From IMG/VR virus record IMGVR_UViG_3300026911_000014, positions 1-62,127 of that record: 62,127 bases of DNA, one strand, 5' to 3'. This stretch comes from a virus (taxonomy: Duplodnaviria > Caudoviricetes). This document shows, piece after piece, positions 9,331 through 20,412 of this stretch. Each line of letters begins with the position of its first letter. Position 1 is the first letter of the stretch. The position numbers and the translations under genes are program-made. The notes beneath the pieces were generated by a model. That model searched no databases. It was not told the origin of the DNA and saw only the letters and a program-made list of their open reading frames with translations.

Positions 9331-9546
9331 ATGGCTAAAATAAAAGTAGGTAGTAAAAAACTACCGGAATATCCATCAGATCATAAAGTAGGAATGAGAG
9401 TTCCCCAAGGCGGATCAGACTGTCAAAAGTGCGAATATGTAGATGGGCAGAAGTGTGCTAATAAACTATTTACCCAATGGAATGGCAGTCATGTAATACC
9501 AGCACCAATTAATGCTTACTGCTGTGATTTCTTTGAATCAAAATAA
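9331..9546 (+). CDS. Small Cys-rich (metal-binding) protein
   Basis: CxxC..C...CC pattern (CQKCEY, YCCDFF). Confidence 0.6.
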   Translation: MAKIKVGSKKLPEYPSDHKVGMRVPQGGSDCQKCEYVDGQKCANKLFTQWNGSHVIPAPINAYCCDFFESK

Positions 9547-9552
9547 TCCATA

Positions 9553-10230
9553 ATGAAACATACCCAAGGAAGAATAGTTATTAAGGTAGATCATGAGTAC
9601 AAGAATTCACACAAGTTTGAAGATGGCACAGTGATTAAACTAGAACGAGGTTGGAATAATTTAAATCGCCTCGAAGTTAGTCCAGTAAATGCAATTGTTA
9701 TTTCAGGGGAGAATATTCCGGAAGGTGCTGAAGCCCTAATACATCATAACTCAGTTCATGAAACTTATAGGATAACTAATCATGGCGAACTGAGTGGCCA
9801 AAAAATTGCAGATCGTATTGAGTATTATTCGATACCCGAAGACCAATTATTCTTTTGGAGAAAAGATTCGGAAGTATGGAACCCTACAGAAGGATATGTA
9901 ACTGCCCTACGAGTTTTCAAACCGTATAAAGGCATTTTACATGGTATAGAACCAACTAAAATAAAAGATACTCTTTATATAACAAGTGGTGAACTTTTTG
10001 GGATGGTTGTACATACACTTAAGGCATGCGACTATGAGATTATATTTCAGGATTTGGATGGCAGAGAACACAGAATTATTAGAGTCCGACATTCTGACGA
10101 TACCAGCTACGAACGAGAGGAAGTGACTTGCATATCTGATTATTTAACAGATGAACTGCATAAAGATAATTTACTTGTCGGTCTTACTTCTTCGGATGCT
10201 AAACCTTTGCATGAAAAAGAAATCGCTTAA
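9553..10230 (+). CDS. Divergent, extended GroES-like protein
   Basis: GRIVIKVD N-terminal strand, AIVISGENIPEG, LIHHN; two-repeat layout; upstream of the terminase genes. Confidence 0.5.
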   Translation: MKHTQGRIVIKVDHEYKNSHKFEDGTVIKLERGWNNLNRLEVSPVNAIVISGENIPEGAEALIHHNSVHETYRITNHGELSGQKIADRIEYYSIPEDQLFFWRKDSEVWNPTEGYVTALRVFKPYKGILHGIEPTKIKDTLYITSGELFGMVVHTLKACDYEIIFQDLDGREHRIIRVRHSDDTSYEREEVTCISDYLTDELHKDNLLVGLTSSDAKPLHEKEIA

Positions 10231-10585
10231 TTTTATTATTCCATTGGTAGTGTATCCATTTGATGTAATGATTTCATTTGGAGAAACAGATCAGAAATTA
10301 ATAGCAACATTAAAAAGGAATGGTATTGTGGATGAAGAAGAATTAAAATTAGTCTTAATGAGTGGGATGGGTCGTTATTGTATGTTCAATAATAATTCTT
10401 CTTTAATTAGACTTTGGACTTATCCCGAATATGCTGCCGATTATGGGACATTGGCACATGAAGTATTCCACGCTACTACTTATATTTTAGATAAAATAGG
10501 AATGGATTTCACTTTAAAAATAAGCGATGAAGCATATGCCTATCTTATAGGATACATTACGACGGAGATTTATAAAAAATTATAA
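10211..10585 (+). CDS. HEXXH metallopeptidase-like phage protein
   Basis: TLAHEVFHA...DEAYAYLIG; ATG at 10211. Confidence 0.65.
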   Translation: MKKKSLNFIIPLVVYPFDVMISFGETDQKLIATLKRNGIVDEEELKLVLMSGMGRYCMFNNNSSLIRLWTYPEYAADYGTLAHEVFHATTYILDKIGMDFTLKISDEAYAYLIGYITTEIYKKL

Positions 10586-10596
10586 TATGTATAATT

Positions 10597-10956
10597 ATGG
10601 CAGACCAAGAATCGATAGAAGATATAAAGAAACAATTAGATCAAGAAAAGAAAAAAGTTACTTTCTTAGAGCAGAAAGTAGCAGCTTTTGAAGGCCCTGG
10701 GAAAGCTAAATTGTATTACGCGGTAAATAGAAACATGAGTGATTTGGCTGATATGTTGAATGCCAAAAGTTTAAAGTCAGTAAATATAGACGATGCATCT
10801 GATAAGACAATGGAACGTATGAAGATAATTTGGTCGGCAATAAAGTCTCTATCTGAGACGCTTTCCGTATTAAGTGTTGCCGCTGGTATTACTGGGAAAG
10901 AAGAAGAAGATTTGAAAACTCCATTTATTGAAACAATAGCCGAAACTAGAAAATAG
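10597..10956 (+). CDS. Putative terminase small subunit
   Basis: Small helical protein translationally coupled to TerL. Confidence 0.5.
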   Translation: MADQESIEDIKKQLDQEKKKVTFLEQKVAAFEGPGKAKLYYAVNRNMSDLADMLNAKSLKSVNIDDASDKTMERMKIIWSAIKSLSETLSVLSVAAGITGKEEEDLKTPFIETIAETRK

Positions 10957-13016
10957 TGCTAACTGTAGACATATACGGTCAGCTTTGCTACTATCCGGAT
11001 GCGCCTCCGGATTTATTAATTGAAGGGTGGGACTTGCCTAAGTCAGATCAATATTGGCGTAGAAAAGAACTTCCTGATTATTTTGACGTAATAAACTATG
11101 ACGAAGACAAAAATGCTATTCTTACTCCACAACAAAGATCATACGCGCAGATAGAAGTTAAAAGATGTAAAGAGGGATATTGGTTTTTTAATAATGGGAT
11201 CCCAACATATATCACAGGTAAAAACTATTTCTATCTTCAATGGTGGAAACTGGAAGATGATATCCATCCAGATTACCGAGATGCTGACCGAAGATATTTT
11301 CTATTCCTTCAGCATTGGGAAAGTGTACTATGGTGTATCGGTATAGGAAGAGGGAAGAAGCGACGAGAAGGCGCAAGTTCTCAAGCAACTTCAAATCTGA
11401 TATACGAATGTATCTTTTTCACAAATAGTAATTGCGGCTTAGTCAGCAAAACTAATATCGATAGTCGAGATACATTTACCGATATGGTTGCATTTGGGTA
11501 TAATCAATTGCCCATCTTCTTAAAACCGCGTCAACTTAATAGAGCAGATAGTGTTACAGAACTTGTTTTTGCTGCTAGAATTAATAAGGGAGAAGCTGGA
11601 GGCAAAGGCAATAAATCAAAGGTAAACTATCGTGCTCCAGTAGAAAACGCATACGACCGTGGACGTATGACTAGGGGCCTATGGGACGAAGGAGGGAAAT
11701 GGCCATTAGACGTGAAGTTTTCCAAGTTTATTTCTAAGGTCACCAAAACGATGGTGAAAGGAGCCAAGCGTGTCGGTTTTGCAGAGTGTCCATCTACCGT
11801 TAATGAAATGACGAAAGGGGGGGGGGCGGAATATAAGAAATTCTGGGATGGGGCAAACCAATTTAAAAATCCGGGAAAAAAAACAAAAAATAGATTCGTC
11901 ACCTATTTTACTCCTGCATACGACAACTACGAAGGGTTTATAGATAAATATGGAATGTCTGTTATTGATACTCCCACGGATGAACAATATCAATACCTAG
12001 TTGAAAAATGGGTAGTTAAAGATCCTAATACAGGGGAAACAGTATCAGAAATAACCGAAGAAGATATTCGGATGGGAGCCCGAAAATACATATACAGTCG
12101 TCGAGAAGGATTAGAAGGCGATTTATTGGAGGAAGAAATTAGGCAAAATCCTTGTACTGTAAAAGAAATGTTTGAGGCAGCAAATACTGACTCCGTATTT
12201 AACTCCCACAAAATCCATCTTCGGCAAACCGAACTTGAAGAAAATCCGATCTTTAAAAGGTGTATAGTATATTATAGGGATTTAGATGGATTTGTAAAAT
12301 GGAGAGATGTTGATCCAAAAGAAAATAGTTTCCATTGGCGATGCACCGATATTCTAAAACCGGAAGAAGCAAATAAATTTGTTATTGTAGATGGAGTTAG
12401 GATGCCAATTAGAACACATATTGGTGCGATGGCAGTAGATAGTTATAGCAATAGCCAAGGAGGTAGAAAGTATGGTTCTAAAGCATCTGCTTGGGTAGGT
12501 CTTAAATTTGATGTTCAAAATCCATATAATACTGGTAAGCCCATTCAGCATTTATACGGTCGCCCAGCGACCAAGGAAGAATTGCATAGCCAAGTGATGT
12601 TGGCCGCAGAATATAATAGTTTTTTAACGTGGTACGAGCATAACGCTGACGATTACGCGAGTTATTTCAAAGATAGGGGAAGATTAGGATATCTAGGAAG
12701 ATACCCACTTAGTACGATAGATCCAACAAAGAGAAAAGATGCAGATAGATTTCGAGGATTCCCCACCACTCCATTCAGTCTTACGAAGCAATTAGATACA
12801 GGTATAGCATATGTTGAAAACTATTGTGATCTTATTGATTTTGAAGAACTGTTAGCAAACTTACTATTATTCGACCCTTATGATAGAACGGCATTTGACA
12901 CAGTAGTGGCATTTCTAATTTTATTAGTGGTATTAATGGAGCCAGCTTCGCAACCTACACCGATGAAAACCCCATTAGTAAAATTATATGAAAACGAAAA
13001 ACATAGAGGATTATGA
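10956..13016 (+). CDS. terL: Terminase large subunit (crAss-like type)
   Basis: YITGKNYFYLQW, KKRREGAS ATPase motif, DEGGKW Walker B, PSTVNEM, nuclease acidic residues (AVDSY, YEHN, FDTVVA). Confidence 0.9.
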   Translation: MLTVDIYGQLCYYPDAPPDLLIEGWDLPKSDQYWRRKELPDYFDVINYDEDKNAILTPQQRSYAQIEVKRCKEGYWFFNNGIPTYITGKNYFYLQWWKLEDDIHPDYRDADRRYFLFLQHWESVLWCIGIGRGKKRREGASSQATSNLIYECIFFTNSNCGLVSKTNIDSRDTFTDMVAFGYNQLPIFLKPRQLNRADSVTELVFAARINKGEAGGKGNKSKVNYRAPVENAYDRGRMTRGLWDEGGKWPLDVKFSKFISKVTKTMVKGAKRVGFAECPSTVNEMTKGGGAEYKKFWDGANQFKNPGKKTKNRFVTYFTPAYDNYEGFIDKYGMSVIDTPTDEQYQYLVEKWVVKDPNTGETVSEITEEDIRMGARKYIYSRREGLEGDLLEEEIRQNPCTVKEMFEAANTDSVFNSHKIHLRQTELEENPIFKRCIVYYRDLDGFVKWRDVDPKENSFHWRCTDILKPEEANKFVIVDGVRMPIRTHIGAMAVDSYSNSQGGRKYGSKASAWVGLKFDVQNPYNTGKPIQHLYGRPATKEELHSQVMLAAEYNSFLTWYEHNADDYASYFKDRGRLGYLGRYPLSTIDPTKRKDADRFRGFPTTPFSLTKQLDTGIAYVENYCDLIDFEELLANLLLFDPYDRTAFDTVVAFLILLVVLMEPASQPTPMKTPLVKLYENEKHRGL

Positions 13017-13639
13017 AAAAGGTAATAAATTTAATTGGACAACGATTCGGTCGTTTGATAGTTATCGAGTTTATTGGTCGTCGAAAAGGGCATAGTATAT
13101 TCAAATGTCAATGTGATTGTGATGGTTTTACCGAAACTACTTCTAATAATTTAAGAAGAGGGCATACTTTATCATGTGGATGTTTATCCAACGAAGTCTT
13201 AATCGAAAGAAGTATTACTCATGGGCTAAGTCACCATCCGCTTTATAATATTTGGGTGGGAATGAGAAATAGATGTTATTATCACAAGCATAACAGGTCT
13301 AAAATATATGCTGGAAAAGGGATTATAGTATGTGAAGAATGGAAAAATGATTTTAAAGCCTTTTATGATTGGGCAATTGCTAATGGATGGCAACAAGGGC
13401 TAACAATAGATAGAATGGAAAATTCAGGTAATTACACACCTAAAAATTGTAGATTTAGAACCCCTCAGCAGCAATCCAGAAATAGAACAACTAATGTTAA
13501 TTTAACATATAAAGGACAAACTATGATTCTCATAGAATGGGCTGAAAAATATAATATTTGTTATGGGACATTGCGAAAACGTGTAAAAAACGGGTGGAAT
13601 CCGCATGAGTGCCTTTTTGGTAGACCAAAAGTAAAATAG
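13013..13639 (+). CDS. Free-standing HNH homing endonuclease
   Basis: GQRFGRLIV, CQCDC, SCGC, HGLS, LYNIWVGMRNRC and TIDR..NYTPKNCR. Confidence 0.85.
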   Translation: MKKVINLIGQRFGRLIVIEFIGRRKGHSIFKCQCDCDGFTETTSNNLRRGHTLSCGCLSNEVLIERSITHGLSHHPLYNIWVGMRNRCYYHKHNRSKIYAGKGIIVCEEWKNDFKAFYDWAIANGWQQGLTIDRMENSGNYTPKNCRFRTPQQQSRNRTTNVNLTYKGQTMILIEWAEKYNICYGTLRKRVKNGWNPHECLFGRPKVK

Positions 13640-13711
13640 CGATACGTTGTTTTACTATAATGCCAATATAATTGGCTCAATATCCTAACTTTAGCCAAAG
13701 AATCAATTTCA

Positions 13712-16162
13712 TTGGCTGAAATCCAAAATATTCCAGGCGTCGGAGGGTCGGAATCCTTAAAAAAGTTCCAACTGCTCACCAATGTAAAAGCAAAGAGTGA
13801 TCCAGCTTGGGGAAAATCCATTGCTGCTTATATTTCAAGCACAGTTTTTTCAGGAATTGGGAATGGGTACTTCTGGATTAGAAACTCCCGTATTCGACTT
13901 AACCGCGATATGGCTGCGGGAAAAATGGACAGTGTTCAGTGGATGGATCGACTGGATATGAATGGGAAGTTCAATTACATTAACATAGATTGGTCGTCCA
14001 TAAAAATTGTTAACACCATCGTTTCAAAGATGGTAGGGCGATGGATGGGGCGAAACGAAAAAATAGTCGTTAACGCTACCGACTCCAACTCTGTAAAAGA
14101 TAAGACGGAAGGCTATAAGCAAGCCGAATTCTACATGATGCACAAAGAAATGGTGCAACAGTTGGAACAACAGTCCGGAACTCAAATTACTCCCAAAAAT
14201 CAGTTTGTCCCAGAAGATCAAGAAGAATTAGATCTTTGGGCTAATGAATACCAACGTATTCCAGAGGAAATCCTGTATGAAAAAGGGGTTAATGAAGTGC
14301 TGGATGCGAATGGCTTTTTCAGCCAAAATAAAGAAAAATTACTTCATGACAGCGCGGAAACAGGATTAGTATGCACTTATACTAAAATGGGTTCTGATGG
14401 GGTTATTCATGTGGATTGGATTAAACCAGAAAACTTCTTCTATTCATGGTCAGAGTATAATGATTTACATGATTGTTCTTGGATGGGAGATGAAATTGGG
14501 ATGAAGATTACGGAAATTCGCGCACGTTTTGGGCAAGAATTTGGGGGGACTCTTACCGAAGAGCAATTATGGGAGATAGCTCAAACTTGCCAAGAATATC
14601 AACTATACGATAAGCTTCGCTGGTTAGTGGAATGGAATGTCTCCGTTCTACGTCCTTATGATGAATGGAATGTACCCGTAACTCGGTTCTATATAAAGTC
14701 TTTGGATAAAGACCCATATACACTTGTTCAGACCAAAAAGAACAAGAGTACTATTCTAAAAAAAGGCGCACCTGCTAAACCTGCCGATAATGAAGAATAT
14801 GTAGAGGAAAAGTACATCAAAATATACGAAGGACTATACATTCGTCGAACAGAAACCGTCCTCTCTTGGGGTTTGTGGGAAAATATGATTCGCCCCCAAG
14901 ACCCTAAAGAATACGGGGATGCCCTTTTCCCGTATTCCTGTTATATGTACCAAAATCAGGACATGAAAAATGTCGCTGTTCCTGAGAAAATTCAGGAGCC
15001 AGTAGAACAGATGATTTTGGCTCGGTACAAAATGCAGCAGTTGGTAATGCGGATGCGCCCTACTGGGTCTGCCATCAATTGGGATGCCCTTCAAGAGATT
15101 GATTACGGTCTTGGTGACAAGAATCGGACAATAGATCCTAAGAAATATTACGACCAAACAGGGGACATCTATTACCGGGGACGAGATGCGGAAGGTAACC
15201 CTATTCCTGTTCCCATCACCGAATTACAAAATTCGGGCTTTCTTGGGCAAATGCAAGGGCTTATAGCTATCTATGAATTTCACTATAAGGTATTAAAAGA
15301 TGAGCTGGGAGAAGACCCTAGCATTTCTACTTCAGCAGCTAAACCGAGAGTAACTACCGATAATGTCCAATCGGCCATGCAGGCCGCCGATGAAGCTACC
15401 GATTATATGTATGATGCCTTCCTATATTGCATGGAAGGCACAGCAAAGCGCATCTCGTGTTTACTTCATACTAGTGTGACTTACGGCGCAATGGCCTATA
15501 GGCATATTATGAAAGAGGATGATATTGCTGGAAGGGCATTTTCTACAATAGCCAAGATGCTGCCTACTGATTTGCAGATTCAGGCGTTAGAAATGTTCCT
15601 ACAGCAATCCTTACAGGCTAACCCAGAATTGATAATGTTTCTTGATCCCTTCAAATTACGTAGGTTAGCTAAGGATGATGTGAAATTGGCAGAATTGTAC
15701 ATGCGTCAATGCCAGAAGAAACAATGGGCCGCCAAACAACAAGAGGCGCAACAGAATGCCCAAATGAACGCACAAGCACAGCAGCAAGCAGTTCAGATGA
15801 AAGCGCAGGCAGATGTTCAATTGGAGCAAGTAAAGGCCCAATTGAAATCTCAAAATGATGCGGATTTGAGTAAAGCAAAGAAGGAAGAACTGTTTATTCA
15901 AATGATTTCGGCAGTTATTAGTAAAGGATTGGCTTTGCCTCCCGGATTAGATCAAGTAGCATCTGAGCTTTATCAAAACGTTGGTATCCCCCTATTTGCA
16001 GCTAATCAACAGAATAAAGTAGCATTACAACAATCTATGCAAGCGGGGATGCAACAAGCGGCACAGCAGCCCGGAACACCACCGCAACTGGGCGCTCCCG
16101 AAGATCAGCAAGGAGAAGCACAACCAGAAGAGGAACAAGAACCAGAAATGCAAGAACAATAA
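13712..16162 (+). CDS. Portal protein
   Basis: 816 aa, after TerL, Q-rich coiled-coil C-terminal barrel, crAss-like synteny. Confidence 0.85.
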   Translation: MAEIQNIPGVGGSESLKKFQLLTNVKAKSDPAWGKSIAAYISSTVFSGIGNGYFWIRNSRIRLNRDMAAGKMDSVQWMDRLDMNGKFNYINIDWSSIKIVNTIVSKMVGRWMGRNEKIVVNATDSNSVKDKTEGYKQAEFYMMHKEMVQQLEQQSGTQITPKNQFVPEDQEELDLWANEYQRIPEEILYEKGVNEVLDANGFFSQNKEKLLHDSAETGLVCTYTKMGSDGVIHVDWIKPENFFYSWSEYNDLHDCSWMGDEIGMKITEIRARFGQEFGGTLTEEQLWEIAQTCQEYQLYDKLRWLVEWNVSVLRPYDEWNVPVTRFYIKSLDKDPYTLVQTKKNKSTILKKGAPAKPADNEEYVEEKYIKIYEGLYIRRTETVLSWGLWENMIRPQDPKEYGDALFPYSCYMYQNQDMKNVAVPEKIQEPVEQMILARYKMQQLVMRMRPTGSAINWDALQEIDYGLGDKNRTIDPKKYYDQTGDIYYRGRDAEGNPIPVPITELQNSGFLGQMQGLIAIYEFHYKVLKDELGEDPSISTSAAKPRVTTDNVQSAMQAADEATDYMYDAFLYCMEGTAKRISCLLHTSVTYGAMAYRHIMKEDDIAGRAFSTIAKMLPTDLQIQALEMFLQQSLQANPELIMFLDPFKLRRLAKDDVKLAELYMRQCQKKQWAAKQQEAQQNAQMNAQAQQQAVQMKAQADVQLEQVKAQLKSQNDADLSKAKKEELFIQMISAVISKGLALPPGLDQVASELYQNVGIPLFAANQQNKVALQQSMQAGMQQAAQQPGTPPQLGAPEDQQGEAQPEEEQEPEMQEQ

Positions 16163-16173
16163 AAACATAAAGT

Positions 16174-16449
16174 ATGTCTTTTAATCTAACTAATAGGGTC
16201 CCATCTCCCGCATTACGTTCACAAGATGCGATTGTAACTTTGAATTGGAGCGATTCAAATGCTAGTTTAAAGAATATTTCAGTTGGCCAAAAATGTGGCG
16301 TCGTGAGCAACGGGAAACTAGGAACAGTCAGTGAAATAGACCCCAATGGATTATTTGTTAGATGTAAACCAGCCACTCCCGATGCTAGATTTGATAGCGC
16401 TTCCACGCCCGGGCAGTTAGCTGCAAATGAATCAATCACCTTCTTTTAA
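16174..16449 (+). CDS. Hypothetical virion-module protein
   Basis: Position between portal and scaffold. Confidence 0.6.
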   Translation: MSFNLTNRVPSPALRSQDAIVTLNWSDSNASLKNISVGQKCGVVSNGKLGTVSEIDPNGLFVRCKPATPDARFDSASTPGQLAANESITFF

Positions 16450-16458
16450 TCATTACAA

Positions 16459-16833
16459 ATGATAGCCAAACACGGAGACTATACCAATCAGTTCAACCAA
16501 GGAACAGGGAATGTTGCTGGTACGCTTGTATTAGACACATCGGGGTGGGATTATTGCATTATCCATTTGATTAATACGACAGGGACGGTTAACTTCCTTG
16601 GGTCGAACGATGGCGGCGCTATTCAGGGAGATGCGGAAGGTAATCCTGTATCTGCAACTAACTTTGTCGCTGTACAAGGCATTAATCAGTCCACGGGAAC
16701 TGCTGGGACATCCGGCGCAACAAATACGATTTATAAATTTTCATCTGTAGCAAGGTACCTTCAATTGGTGGGAACAGCATCCGCCTCTTGTAAAGTATTG
16801 GTGTATTTTGCTAAGATTTCGCAAACTATGTAA
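16459..16833 (+). CDS. Putative capsid decoration / beta-sandwich virion protein
   Basis: Gly/Thr-rich beta strands, FLGSNDG...ARYLQL pattern, head module position. Confidence 0.5.
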   Translation: MIAKHGDYTNQFNQGTGNVAGTLVLDTSGWDYCIIHLINTTGTVNFLGSNDGGAIQGDAEGNPVSATNFVAVQGINQSTGTAGTSGATNTIYKFSSVARYLQLVGTASASCKVLVYFAKISQTM

Positions 16834-16836
16834 TTT

Positions 16837-18018
16837 ATGGCAGAAGAAGCAGTAGTTGAACAGCCGAAGGCTCCTTCCTCAGTAGAGGTAATTACGCCTA
16901 ATGCTAATTTATTCTCGGATAGCATGTGGAGTGCCAATCCTGTTGTTGTAGATCCAGTTAAGACAGACGCTCCTATAACCGAAGTCAAGCCAGAGCCGAC
17001 AACCACAAAACCGGAAGATGCTGAAATTGTCGATGAGATGGAATATCTGGAGAGGCAAACCGGGTACAAATCTTGGGATGACATTAAAGCACTAAAAGCA
17101 GAAGTAGAACAACTCCGTACAAAAGCACAAACTCCAGCAGAAATAAAGTTTGCTAACGAACATAGTCAAAAACTCTTTGAAGCATTTAAAGAGGGGAAAG
17201 AAGACGATGTGTTCGGATATTTGGATACTAAGCGTAAACTATCCTCTGCTGCAAACCTTCCTGCTGCCGATGCTATCAAGTTACATTTACAGCAAACTAA
17301 CCCACACTTCAAACCAGAAGATATTGAAGACGTTTTTGAGGAGCGATATTCTATTCCTAAAAAACCAATTCAAAAAATAGATGACGATCCCGATGAGTTC
17401 AATGAACGGATACAAGAATGGAATACTAGAGTTGCAAAGATCAATCGGGCTATTGAACGGGATTCGGTAACTGCCAAGCAAGAATTGGCACAACGCATTA
17501 CGCAATTAGTTCCTCCAGAAATACCGCAGGCGCAGCCTGTTGCCGCCGGGCCAGATCCAAAAGTATTGGAAGCCGTAGAAGCAACAAGAAATGCGTATGT
17601 TCAAAAATTGGAAACAGAATTCGGATCATTTGATGCTTTTAATACTAGGGTAAAAGACGAATCAGGCGAATTACCTATAGCATTTAAAGTAGATGATAAG
17701 GATAGGGCTGAAATAAAAAGTCTTGTTCAGGATGCTGTTTTCAAAAACTTAGATGTTAATGACTATTTTACAAATCGTTGGTTCGCCAAAGATGCTACTG
17801 GTGCATTAGTCCCCAACATCCAAAAGATGATGGCCGACTTTATTTTATTGGAAAAAACTGAAAAAGTATTTCAAGGTATCGCCAATAATAGTGCCGCTTC
17901 CAGATTAGCTCATCAGATTAAATTAAATAGTAACATTAATGTGAGCGGAGAGAAAGTCAAAACTGAAATCAAGCAAGACGAAAATGCTAAGATGTTAGAG
18001 ACTTTCTGGAAGAGTTAA
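16837..18018 (+). CDS. Putative capsid scaffolding protein
   Basis: Acidic, helical, immediately upstream of the capsid gene. Confidence 0.65.
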   Translation: MAEEAVVEQPKAPSSVEVITPNANLFSDSMWSANPVVVDPVKTDAPITEVKPEPTTTKPEDAEIVDEMEYLERQTGYKSWDDIKALKAEVEQLRTKAQTPAEIKFANEHSQKLFEAFKEGKEDDVFGYLDTKRKLSSAANLPAADAIKLHLQQTNPHFKPEDIEDVFEERYSIPKKPIQKIDDDPDEFNERIQEWNTRVAKINRAIERDSVTAKQELAQRITQLVPPEIPQAQPVAAGPDPKVLEAVEATRNAYVQKLETEFGSFDAFNTRVKDESGELPIAFKVDDKDRAEIKSLVQDAVFKNLDVNDYFTNRWFAKDATGALVPNIQKMMADFILLEKTEKVFQGIANNSAASRLAHQIKLNSNINVSGEKVKTEIKQDENAKMLETFWKS

Positions 18019-18049
18019 TGCTTTTATTTAACCAACAAACAAAAACAAA

Positions 18050-19489
18050 ATGGCAACAGGAATACCTGCGAGTAATATACTACAGCCCGGCCAAATTAGC
18101 ATTGCTAATGGTGCCAATCAGGCCCTAGTATCATTTCTCCAGCTTTTAACACCGCAGTACTACAAAGATTATGTAGAAAAATACGGTAATGAGGATTTTA
18201 CTTGGTGGCTGTCGACTTTCGGCGGCATGGAACAGGTTTATAACCAGAACTTCTTTTGGTTCGAAAACAGAGGCAAATTGATGCAGGGCGTTCAGGTCAC
18301 GACTAACGTTTCTGCGGCAGTTGGAGCCACAATCACATTGACATTAGCTGCTCAAGATCACTTTAATGGCGGCACACAAGCTCCTTTACGCGTAGGGGAA
18401 ACCGTTCGCGTAGCCTCTACCAATGTGGAAGGTGTTATTCAGACAATCAATTCTGGCACTCCGGGGGCATTTACGTTCACTGTAGCACCCAAACAGACTA
18501 CTCAGTCCTTGGCTTCCGCTGGTTCTACGTCTTTCTTAAATGGAGATGTATTGCTTTTTGGTGGTATTATGGATGCCGGTGAAGCATCTGGTAGCAATAA
18601 CCCTCTTATTCATCTGGATCAGAAGTATCAGAACAATATCACGCAGATGCGCGATACGTATGCTGCTACTGATTTGGCTGAAATGACACAGGTTTATTAC
18701 ACTGGTGGTGTAACGGGATCTGCTCCTGCACAGCAAGCGGGTACTTCCTTGTTTACCTATAAGGAATTGGTAAAGACCGATACTCGGTTCAAGAACTACG
18801 TGGAATTTAAACTCTTGCGTGGAGATATCCAGAATAATACGGCTATTGTCAATGCAAATGGGTATAGTTCTTTGGGTTCTCAGGGTCTTATTCCTAAGAT
18901 TGCTACAGACGGCGAAACGGTAGGGTATACTGCTGGTACTTTGGACATTCCCAAGCTCCATGAGATTACTCGTATCATGGACGTTAATGGATGTGCTAAG
19001 CAGTGTATGTGGCTTCAGGATATTTTCCAGCGTCAGGACTTCAGTGATGGGCTGTTTGCCACTTTCCCCGCTGGTGCTTTTGTGTGGGGAGAAGGAGAGA
19101 AATCAGAAGATGCGCAGGTGTCCTATGGATTCCAGCATATCAATATTGATGGTTACATGCTGGGCGTCAAGAAATACCGTCCGTTCAATTCCGAATTTAC
19201 TACCGGCACTACGCCTAACGTGGATTTCTTCCGTAACTATGGAATGATCATCCCGAATGGCACTGCACAGGATTACAAGGATGCAACAAAGGTTTATAAT
19301 AATCTTACTGTTATGTTCCAGCAGCCGCCCGCAGGTGGTACTTTGGGTAACGGGATTCGTGTATGGCAACATGGTGGTGGTTCTCGGAACCCAAGCGATG
19401 GCACAATGGTGGATTTCATTGAGTACATTACGTACCGGTCAATTCGCGTTGTAGCAGCCAATCAGTTCATTCAAGTAGAAGCAGCTTAG
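18050..19489 (+). CDS. Major capsid protein (HK97 fold, crAss-like)
   Basis: 479 aa, FFWFENRG and GSQGLIPKI motifs, strong leader, downstream hairpin. Confidence 0.85.
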   Translation: MATGIPASNILQPGQISIANGANQALVSFLQLLTPQYYKDYVEKYGNEDFTWWLSTFGGMEQVYNQNFFWFENRGKLMQGVQVTTNVSAAVGATITLTLAAQDHFNGGTQAPLRVGETVRVASTNVEGVIQTINSGTPGAFTFTVAPKQTTQSLASAGSTSFLNGDVLLFGGIMDAGEASGSNNPLIHLDQKYQNNITQMRDTYAATDLAEMTQVYYTGGVTGSAPAQQAGTSLFTYKELVKTDTRFKNYVEFKLLRGDIQNNTAIVNANGYSSLGSQGLIPKIATDGETVGYTAGTLDIPKLHEITRIMDVNGCAKQCMWLQDIFQRQDFSDGLFATFPAGAFVWGEGEKSEDAQVSYGFQHINIDGYMLGVKKYRPFNSEFTTGTTPNVDFFRNYGMIIPNGTAQDYKDATKVYNNLTVMFQQPPAGGTLGNGIRVWQHGGGSRNPSDGTMVDFIEYITYRSIRVVAANQFIQVEAA

Positions 19490-19497
19490 TTTTTAAT

Positions 19498-19529
19498 AGG
19501 GGCAGTATTTTGCTGCCCCTTCATTCTTT
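19498..19529 (+). terminator. Hairpin/terminator after the capsid gene
   Basis: aggggcagta-ttt-tgctgcccct with a weak T-tail. Confidence 0.6.
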
Positions 19530-19539
19530 AATAGTTTTT

Positions 19540-20412
19540 ATGGCAAAAGGAATTTCACAAGCGGATGCTTTTTTAGCGAACAAAGACGAAAAAATAACAG
19601 ATCCAGTCTTTAAGGAGATTTTAGCAAAACATAGCATCACTCCCGTAGGACGTAAATCAGTCATTTTCAAACTCAGAAATGCACCCAATGGGAAAGTCCA
19701 TCTGGATGGCATCGATGATGTATATGACGAAGAGACCAAAAAAATGAGGCGTATTCGGTTGCTTCGAGGCGTTGCTTCCATTTGGCAAGACGAGCAAGAT
19801 AAACTAGACAAAACCTATATTGATAAAAATAGAATTAGTCTAACCTTTGTTCAGGGTGGGATGATTTTAGATGAAATCAAAGATGCCAATATCATTAAAG
19901 CGGCTCGGTTGATGAATGCGAACGAAGGTAACTTGCATCGTCTCCCTGGAAAGAAGAGATCATTCTACGAATGGGACCCTATTGCTCAAGAAAGAGAAGC
20001 TTTCGAAAAAGAATTACTTGAAATAGAGGTAGTTGAGTTAGCTATGGCAACTCCCCTTGAAAAAGCTAAAAAACATGCTTTATTCTTAGGCGTACCAATT
20101 ACTGATGAAATGGGCACAATCCGTTCCGAACAAGGAATTAGGGTGTTGTATGTGAGGAAGGCAAAAGAAAATCCAAAACGGTTCAAAGAAACATTGGATA
20201 GCCCAGAGGTAGAAATTAAGCATCTTATTCGGAGAGCCTTATCCGATTCAAAAATAGAGTCAAGAGGAACAAATATTCAGTGGTCAGCCGGTGGCTTAAT
20301 TTGCAAATTGCCACATGGTAGAGAAGTAGTGGATTATCTAGTAGAATTTGCTATGCTCCCCACTGAAGAATCAAAATCATTTTTGGATCGCCTTGAAAAA
20401 GCAGCTATCTAA
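19540..20412 (+). CDS. Conserved protein encoded next to the capsid gene in crAss-like virion modules
   Basis: ATG at 19540; synteny; AKENPKRF motif. Confidence 0.6.
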   Translation: MAKGISQADAFLANKDEKITDPVFKEILAKHSITPVGRKSVIFKLRNAPNGKVHLDGIDDVYDEETKKMRRIRLLRGVASIWQDEQDKLDKTYIDKNRISLTFVQGGMILDEIKDANIIKAARLMNANEGNLHRLPGKKRSFYEWDPIAQEREAFEKELLEIEVVELAMATPLEKAKKHALFLGVPITDEMGTIRSEQGIRVLYVRKAKENPKRFKETLDSPEVEIKHLIRRALSDSKIESRGTNIQWSAGGLICKLPHGREVVDYLVEFAMLPTEESKSFLDRLEKAAI